DNA of 38,199 nucleotides from a virus: IMG/VR virus record IMGVR_UViG_3300045988_034846, positions 1 to 38,199 of that record; one strand, 5' to 3'. Shown piece by piece: positions 32,282 to 38,199 of this stretch (position 1 is its first letter; each line of letters starts with the position of its first letter). The notes under the pieces were generated by a model. It saw only the letters and a program-made list of their open reading frames with translations, ran no database searches and was not told where the DNA came from. The position numbers and the translations under genes were made by a program.

Positions 32282-34375
32282 ATGTACGAGGTATCAGCGG
32301 CATATAAAAAAGCAATGAAAGAGCCAGTACATCGCTTCCTCATCGGTGGAAGTATATCTAACACCACATTCGCTGACCGGAATGTACTGAAAGGCTCATT
32401 CTCAATTACTAACCAGTGCTCTGACGATTCAGAGATGAAGATAGGGCAGGTGTATGTTGGTGAGCTCAACGCCACGTTCGTTAATCTCAATGTAGAACGC
32501 TATTCATTGCAGAATAAGCTTATCAAGCCGACATTCAGCAGGAAGACAGCGGACGGATATGAGACTATCCCACTTGGTGTGTTCAAGGTGTCAGAGGCAT
32601 CATGGACAAGCTCAGGCATCGTTATCAAGGCTTACGACAACATGGCAGAGCTTGACAAGGGCTGTGATGTTAACTCAGCGAACGGCACACCTTACGAGCT
32701 GGCGCTTCTTGCATGCAAGTCGTGTAAATTAGAGCTTGGCACCACCAAGGAAGAATTTAAGAAATTCGCTAATGGAATTGAAAACCTATCTATGGTGGCA
32801 GAAAACGACATAGAGACTTGGCGAGACTTTATATCCTGGGTGGCTCAGACCTGCGCTTGCTTCGTCACAGCGGACCGCTTCGGTAAGATAGTGTTCAGAG
32901 CTTACGGCGATACTGTAGTAGATACCATAGACTCAAAGCACCGATTCACCGGAGCATCATTCTCGGACTTTGAGACCCGGTACACAGGTCTTTCATGCGT
33001 TAATATCGGAGACAAAACCACATCCTATTACGGAATGGAAGTTGACGACGCCCTGACTTATAATCTCGGCTCCAATCCGTTCCTGCAGTATGGTGTGGAC
33101 GATGCAAAAGAGGAAATGCGCCGGGCAATCCTGCATTCTTTGCAGAATATTTGTTATGTACCATTCAAGGCTTCAATGATTGGAGACCCGGTATATGACC
33201 TTGGAGATGTTCTGAGCATGTCAGAGGGTATAGCGGACGGCTCGAAGCTGTACTGCATCACCAAATATACATTCAATTATAATGGCGAGTATGAAGTACA
33301 GGGAGTCGGCAAGAACCCGGCTATAGCCAACGCTAAGAGTAAGACGGATAAGAACATCGCAGGGCTGATGAATCAGGATGATGAGAATCTTATACATTTT
33401 ACCGTGTTCACAAATACCGGTCCGGTGGTGGTAGAGGATAAGTCAAACCAATCTATCTTTTCGATGCGCTTTATAGCAACAAAGACCACACTCGTGGCAC
33501 TTGATATGGAGATACTGCTCAACGTAGAGACTACGGAAGAGGGCGAGGAGTACCAGTGGGTTGAACACGATGCGGTGGCTAAAGTCCATTATTACATAGA
33601 CGGAGCAGAAATAGACTTAAGAAAGCCTGTGGAAACATGGCAGGACGGCCAGCACATCCTGACATTAAGATATGACTTGCAGGCAGTAGACGCTGCTATC
33701 CATACATGGGATGTGTGGATTGAGATGCAGGGCGGAAGTGCTACTATAGATACCTACGGCATCCATGCGGTAGCGATGGGCCAAGGTCTTGCAGCAGAGA
33801 GCGATTGGGACGGAACTATCACAGCATCCGATGAAGTTGGCAGATACACATTTAGTCTTGTTAGAGACTTCACAGACTCAGCCAACACGACACTTAACAC
33901 ACCGGCTCGTGCAGTTCCGGGCGACATACTGGCAAGATTCGATTTCACAAATATGTTTGGCCGTATCGTTGACAATAACCAGTCTTACGACAACATGACT
34001 ACATTCACTCCTTATGTCAATGCAAGCCGCGTTACGACTGATGCGGATTACAACAACACGACAGGATGGCAGGGTACCGGCGAAATTAAAATGGGTACCA
34101 ATAAGATGCTCACCACTACAGATGTATACGGAGTCACATCGGTTGAGACTGCATCACAAAACGCTGTGTTCTATGCTTCGTTCGACAGTGGCTCTACTTG
34201 GGTCGGCTGGACATCTGAGGGCTGGGTTGAGAATGTAACAATGATTAAGAAAGAGATAGAGGCAGTGCCTGAGTCGGCATGGAAACAGTACGACAAGGTA
34301 AGATTCAGAGTCTTACTTGAAGGCGGTGCCACACTCTATGCATTACACCTATACGGAGGTACATTACATGATTAA
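32282..34375 (+). CDS. Tail tip / baseplate hub protein (Tal-like)
   Basis: 697 aa. The call rests on position and size. No enzymatic motif recognised. Confidence 0.5.
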   Translation: MYEVSAAYKKAMKEPVHRFLIGGSISNTTFADRNVLKGSFSITNQCSDDSEMKIGQVYVGELNATFVNLNVERYSLQNKLIKPTFSRKTADGYETIPLGVFKVSEASWTSSGIVIKAYDNMAELDKGCDVNSANGTPYELALLACKSCKLELGTTKEEFKKFANGIENLSMVAENDIETWRDFISWVAQTCACFVTADRFGKIVFRAYGDTVVDTIDSKHRFTGASFSDFETRYTGLSCVNIGDKTTSYYGMEVDDALTYNLGSNPFLQYGVDDAKEEMRRAILHSLQNICYVPFKASMIGDPVYDLGDVLSMSEGIADGSKLYCITKYTFNYNGEYEVQGVGKNPAIANAKSKTDKNIAGLMNQDDENLIHFTVFTNTGPVVVEDKSNQSIFSMRFIATKTTLVALDMEILLNVETTEEGEEYQWVEHDAVAKVHYYIDGAEIDLRKPVETWQDGQHILTLRYDLQAVDAAIHTWDVWIEMQGGSATIDTYGIHAVAMGQGLAAESDWDGTITASDEVGRYTFSLVRDFTDSANTTLNTPARAVPGDILARFDFTNMFGRIVDNNQSYDNMTTFTPYVNASRVTTDADYNNTTGWQGTGEIKMGTNKMLTTTDVYGVTSVETASQNAVFYASFDSGSTWVGWTSEGWVENVTMIKKEIEAVPESAWKQYDKVRFRVLLEGGATLYALHLYGGTLHD

Positions 34376-35744
34376 AGGACATGTAGCAATCGAATTGCAC
34401 AATCACAAGACGGGGTTGAGAGACAGGATAGAGGGTGACAACATGATTACCAATGCACTTAACTATGTTATCCCAATAGTAATGGGCGGAAATACTTCAG
34501 CTGAAAACTTAATGCCTCTTTGCAAAAAGGCACTCGGAAGCCTGATGTTGTTTGATGGCACCCTCACAGAAGACAAAAATAACATGTTTCTGCCGGCAGA
34601 AGCTCATCTCGTGGCTTTCGCCGATAGAGGGCTTGACACGACACACTCTGATAGAGGGTCTCTCAACTCAGCAGAGACAGATCCGACCGACACGGGCTAT
34701 CAGTCGGTGTGGGATTTTTCAACATCGCAAGCAAACGGCACCATTAAGTCACTGGCGTTAAGCCTTAACTATAGTTTTGGTGACAACTATATCCGAAACT
34801 CGCCTTACAATCTTGTTGGGCCGTTCAAAACATCAGGCCCATCTTGCAAGAATTTGAGTGACAAGACTAGATTCTACTGCTATGCACTATGTTACGACGT
34901 GGAAAATCAGTATCTATACTACATTGACCCACAACTTGGAGGGGTATCTTCAAGAACTGAAAGAGACGACACCGGAAAGACTAAGTATCTGTACTCTACA
35001 GAAATTCACATCATGAAGGCCTACGTGCCAACGACAAAGTTCAAGCTGGCTGATTATCCATCGCCAACCAATTATGGCGAGGAAGTGACATCGTTCACAA
35101 TAGAAACAGGCACATCTAATACGGACTGTCGAGGCTATTTCAAAAATGGATATGATGGCTATGCGTATATGATCACACCTATGGGCACGGCTGGGAAAGT
35201 CGAAATGTACAAGCTTAAACTGTCAGATTATAGCTTTGAGATATCCGAAGCTCAGACATTCACAGTGAAGAACGTTAATTTTTACAATTATTATGAATGC
35301 TCGACAGCTAATAACGGCTATGCATACATTAAATCGCTCGACAAAAAAACTATTTACATAGTCAATCTGTCAAATCCCGTGGATGTACAGGAAGCCAAAC
35401 TACCAAACGATTACACACTATCGGATGGCGGCCTGGCAAACTTGAAAAACGGAGGGGTAAAATTTGCGACTAATGATAGCCGTTACGGAATTTGCTACCC
35501 TGACGGAAAAATCATCATTAATCAGCAAAGCGGAAATTATGGTTATGATCCTATACAAAGCGACCCAAGGCTCATTACTGACAATCTTGTAGTTTTTGGA
35601 CATAGAGCATATTCATATTATGACTATTCGAACGGTAGCCTGCTCAATAATTACCTCGGCACTATCTACAATCTGCCACAGCCGATTGTAAAGACTGCTG
35701 CAAGCTCCATGAAGGTAGTATACACGCTGACAGATATAGATTAA
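34368..35744 (+). CDS. Putative receptor-binding / tail fibre protein
   Basis: 458 aa from the ATG behind GGAGGT (the track's 34317 start is too long). The call rests on synteny only. Confidence 0.35.
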   Translation: MIKGHVAIELHNHKTGLRDRIEGDNMITNALNYVIPIVMGGNTSAENLMPLCKKALGSLMLFDGTLTEDKNNMFLPAEAHLVAFADRGLDTTHSDRGSLNSAETDPTDTGYQSVWDFSTSQANGTIKSLALSLNYSFGDNYIRNSPYNLVGPFKTSGPSCKNLSDKTRFYCYALCYDVENQYLYYIDPQLGGVSSRTERDDTGKTKYLYSTEIHIMKAYVPTTKFKLADYPSPTNYGEEVTSFTIETGTSNTDCRGYFKNGYDGYAYMITPMGTAGKVEMYKLKLSDYSFEISEAQTFTVKNVNFYNYYECSTANNGYAYIKSLDKKTIYIVNLSNPVDVQEAKLPNDYTLSDGGLANLKNGGVKFATNDSRYGICYPDGKIIINQQSGNYGYDPIQSDPRLITDNLVVFGHRAYSYYDYSNGSLLNNYLGTIYNLPQPIVKTAASSMKVVYTLTDID

Positions 35745-35755
35745 GGAGGACGAGC

Positions 35756-36166
35756 ATGACCAACCTTAAGATACACTTGGATTACAGAGGCTCAAGCAAA
35801 ATCATCAAGAGGCTGTGTCAGACCGTGAACTATCTCTCGGAAGTGGCAAATGGTGACATGCGCACTGATGTTTACGATGCCAATAATAACGGCATTGTGG
35901 ACAATGCGGAGCTTGTGAACGGTCATGAAGTATGGAAGGATGTACCAGTTGACGCCAAGTTTACTGATACAGTCTACGATGATAGTTACTTGCAAGGCAA
36001 GGTAAGTGCCAACAGCAACAATCTGCAGTTAATAATGCAGACGCTTTTCGACTGGAATGAGAACTACCTCATAGACAGCCAGGGTAGACAGATAGTTGAT
36101 AGCTTTGGTAGACCTATATACACCTCAAGCTACAAATCTAAATTCGACACACAAGGAGGAAAATAA
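35756..36166 (+). CDS. Tail-fibre-associated small protein
   Basis: 136 aa. It shares the motif NNGIVDNAELVNGH with the next ORF (SGAVDNAEILDNH). VDNA(E/D)xL(D/N)G-type motifs are common in phage fibre proteins. Confidence 0.4.
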   Translation: MTNLKIHLDYRGSSKIIKRLCQTVNYLSEVANGDMRTDVYDANNNGIVDNAELVNGHEVWKDVPVDAKFTDTVYDDSYLQGKVSANSNNLQLIMQTLFDWNENYLIDSQGRQIVDSFGRPIYTSSYKSKFDTQGGK

Positions 36167-36460
36167 ATGAGTGATACACAAGCACAGGCATTGGAATCGG
36201 CACGAATAGTTGACCAAAATCCTGCTACAGGAATAGCACCGGAAGACATGTTCATCATGGACTCTATTGCAAGCGGTACAAGGGCTATAAGTTATAAGGC
36301 CTTGTGCGATGCGATAGCGGTCACTCTTGGCATAGCCACAATCAAGGACACGGCAGATGGTGCTATGCAGAAGAGTGAATACGATAAGAATCACAGTGGG
36401 GCTGTTGATAACGCAGAAATATTAGATAATCACTCCGAGGAGGTAATAAATGGAAAATGA
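36167..36460 (+). CDS. Tail-fibre-associated small protein
   Basis: 97 aa. The motif is shared with 35756-36166. Confidence 0.4.
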   Translation: MSDTQAQALESARIVDQNPATGIAPEDMFIMDSIASGTRAISYKALCDAIAVTLGIATIKDTADGAMQKSEYDKNHSGAVDNAEILDNHSEEVINGK

Positions 36461-36764
36461 GGATATCGTAAGAGAGCTTGCTGAGCAGGGCGAGCGAATC
36501 AAGGTAGCGAACAAGAGAATTGCTGACCTTGAAGAACAGCAGCAGCGTATCCAAGACCTGACACTATCTGTGCAGGAGCTTGCGATAAGCGTTAAGAACA
36601 TGGTAGAAGTGCAGAAAAAGCATAGTGACAAGCTTGCAGAGCTCGAGGCGAGACCGGCACAGAACTGGAATACTATGACGAGAACTGCTTTTACTACAAT
36701 TATATCAGCAATTGCAGGAGCGTTAGCCCTTGCATTGGTCAACTCAGTAGCACATTTTATGTAA
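36450..36764 (+). CDS. XhlA-like lysis-associated membrane protein
   Basis: 104 aa with an N-terminal coiled coil and a C-terminal TM helix (AFTTIISAIAGALALALV). The architecture and the position before the holin match PBSX XhlA. Confidence 0.6.
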   Translation: MENEDIVRELAEQGERIKVANKRIADLEEQQQRIQDLTLSVQELAISVKNMVEVQKKHSDKLAELEARPAQNWNTMTRTAFTTIISAIAGALALALVNSVAHFM

Positions 36765-36777
36765 GGAGGAAATTACT

Positions 36778-37011
36778 ATGAAGAACTGTGTATTTAAACC
36801 AAGCGTCAACACTGTTGAATGGCTCAAGGCAGCAGGCGTCAGAGCTGTAAAGACTATGGCGCAGACAGCCCTCGGAACTATTGGAGCTTCTGCTGTAATC
36901 TCAGCGGTGGACTGGCGTGTAGTCCTGTCCGCATCGGTCTTATCCGGTGTGGTCAGCATCTTAACATCTATTGCAGGAATCCCGGAGGTGAGCGCAAATG
37001 AAAATAATTGA
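36778..37011 (+). CDS. Holin
   Basis: 77 aa. SD is AAGGAGG. It has two hydrophobic helices (AQTALGTIGASAVISAV and VLSGVVSILTSIAGI) and lies directly upstream of the endolysin. Confidence 0.75.
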   Translation: MKNCVFKPSVNTVEWLKAAGVRAVKTMAQTALGTIGASAVISAVDWRVVLSASVLSGVVSILTSIAGIPEVSANENN

Positions 37012-38014
37012 CGTTTCACACCATGATGGCAACATCGACTGGCAGACAGTCAAGGATAACGTAGACGGTGTAATATTACACTGCGGCTACGGACAGGATC
37101 TGGAAAAGCAGGATGACCCACGATTTAAGGAGTGGGCTACTGAGTGCACAATACTCGGCATTCCATTCGGAGTATACCTCTATTCATACGCCAAGAGTGT
37201 AGACAGAATAGAAGGAGAAGCGAAACATACATTAAGACTTATCAAGGGTTATAATCTGTCGCTCCCTGTATTCTTCGATTCAGAGGAACCGGGAACCGAG
37301 AGTGTAGCTCAGGCATGTGCACTTAGGTATATGGAGATCATCAAGGCAGCAGGTTATACAGTCGGCATCTATGCGAGTGAGTCTTGGTACAAGTCCTATA
37401 TGTCAGGCATCAAAGACTGTCCGCTGTGGATTGCTAAGTATGGCGTCAACGACGGGCAGCCACACGTCAAGCCAAACATCGACGGAATGTGGGGCTGGCA
37501 GTACACCAGCACCGGAACAGTACCGGGCATCGAGGCGGGCAGTCTCGATATCTCAGAATGCTACTCTAATGTTACATCCGCTCCTCAGAATGTGACACCA
37601 AGTCCGATACCGGTGACACCTGCTCCAACACCGGATGAGAGCTGGAAGGGTGACAAGTCAATCTATCTTGAGAATGACTATGTTGAGTCGTGGCAGCATG
37701 CCATGAATGTAGGCTTTGACTTAGAGGGAACTGACCGACTGTCCTGCGATCGCAAGTGGGGTAGAGATTCACAGGCTTTTGCAAGCGCACATAATCTATG
37801 GAGTGGACAGATTCATAATTGCCCTACAGCTATCAGGTGGTTAAGGACCATGCTGAGAGAAGTCTACGGATTCACCAAACTTGACGATATCGGCGAGTGG
37901 ACGGAATACCTTACCGAATGTGTTAAGGTATTCCAGAGGAATAGGGGCTTGACTGTTGATGGAATAGTGGGTAAGATTACAACGTATTGGCTACTTAGCG
38001 GGCAAGCAATATAA
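36998..38014 (+). CDS. Endolysin: GH25 muramidase plus C-terminal peptidoglycan-binding domain
   Basis: 338 aa. The N-terminus (IIDVSHHDGNIDW...GVYLYSYA...FFDSEE) is GH25-like, followed by a Pro/Thr linker. The C-terminus (FQRNRGLTVDGIVGKIT) is PG_binding_1-like. Confidence 0.85.
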   Translation: MKIIDVSHHDGNIDWQTVKDNVDGVILHCGYGQDLEKQDDPRFKEWATECTILGIPFGVYLYSYAKSVDRIEGEAKHTLRLIKGYNLSLPVFFDSEEPGTESVAQACALRYMEIIKAAGYTVGIYASESWYKSYMSGIKDCPLWIAKYGVNDGQPHVKPNIDGMWGWQYTSTGTVPGIEAGSLDISECYSNVTSAPQNVTPSPIPVTPAPTPDESWKGDKSIYLENDYVESWQHAMNVGFDLEGTDRLSCDRKWGRDSQAFASAHNLWSGQIHNCPTAIRWLRTMLREVYGFTKLDDIGEWTEYLTECVKVFQRNRGLTVDGIVGKITTYWLLSGQAI

Positions 38015-38035
38015 AATTTGCCCCAAATTTGCCCC
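38015..38035 (+). promoter_or_regulatory. Two tandem AATTTGCCCC motifs 11 bp apart (candidate integrase arm-type sites, P side)
   Basis: AATTTGCCCC occurs at 38015-38024 and 38026-38035, with the same motif, spacing and orientation as 131-151. Confidence 0.5.
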
Positions 38036-38081
38036 AAAAAACAATAAACCTAGTAAATTCACGGATTATGGGCTGTGTCTT

Positions 38082-38106
38082 GTGGGTTCAAGTCCCACTG
38101 CCGGCA
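38082..38106 (+). other. 3'-terminal tRNA fragment (T-arm plus acceptor 3' strand); class II, Leu-like
   Basis: GTGGG-TTCAAGT-CCCAC forms a T-arm, followed by TGCCGGC and discriminator A. No complementary 5' acceptor strand (GCCGGCA) occurs in the preceding 100 nt, so this is not a complete tRNA. Upstream, TGGGCTGTGTCTT looks like a decayed variable arm. Confidence 0.6.
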
Positions 38107-38199
38107 CTATTTGCAAAACCCCGTAAATCCAAGATTTTCAGTAAAATCAAGGGTTTGCGGGGTTTTTCTTTACTTACAATCTTTCAAAAAATTAAAGAA
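38090..38199 (+). repeat. Right copy of the exact 110-bp direct terminal repeat
   Basis: Identical to 1-110. Confidence 0.95.
38115..38167 (+). terminator. Second copy of the tRNA terminator hairpin
   Basis: Same sequence as 26-78. Confidence 0.6.

Noticed and set aside
31913-36460. Diversity-generating retroelement or invertible (shufflon) tail-fibre system
   Set aside because: There is no reverse transcriptase or invertase gene, no template/variable repeat pair, and no inverted repeats flanking the fibre genes.
38040-38106. A complete tRNA gene at the right end
   Set aside because: Only the T-arm and the 3' acceptor strand fold. No 5' acceptor strand (GCCGGCA), D-arm or anticodon arm can be found upstream, so it is a 3' fragment typical of an att site.

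Overview
The window is one complete temperate siphovirus-type phage or prophage genome of about 38.1 kb. Its features point to a Bacillota (Firmicutes, Clostridia-like) host: strong GGAGG ribosome-binding sites (SD), XhlA/holin/GH25 lysis genes, and Prp/L27-type leader biology. It is bounded by an exact 110-bp direct repeat (1-110 = 38090-38199). The repeat starts inside the 3' end of a tRNA-like sequence and runs through that tRNA's terminator, so it is either attL/attR or the overlap of a circular assembly across attP. Gene order is canonical. On the minus strand: integrase, then two lysogeny-expressed membrane genes, then a LexA-like CI repressor. On the plus strand: cro-like and other HTH genes; a recombination module (DUF1351, ERF, NinB-like, Ref-like HNH, RusA); a replication-organizer gene with an embedded iteron origin; an accessory block (PAPS-reductase-like, C5 methyltransferase, Lar, HNH, ASCH, YopX); a late regulator; a terminator-bracketed small-ORF plus HTH cassette; DUF4417; three paralogous leader+RGG genes; TerS, TerL, portal and MuF; thioredoxin; a Prp-like protease; scaffold, capsid, connectors, major tail protein, frameshifted G/GT chaperone, tape measure, tail tip and fibre proteins; and XhlA-like, holin and endolysin. 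The most interesting signal is a phage-encoded Prp-like cysteine protease (24290-24577). It sits with five candidate substrates that carry L27-type N-terminal leaders: scaffold, major capsid, and three tandem paralogs (18766-20044) whose predicted mature N-termini are GGRGGGSGRG tracts. I do not recognise the three paralogs as a characterised family. No searches were run, so all functional calls rest on motifs read from the translations and on synteny.
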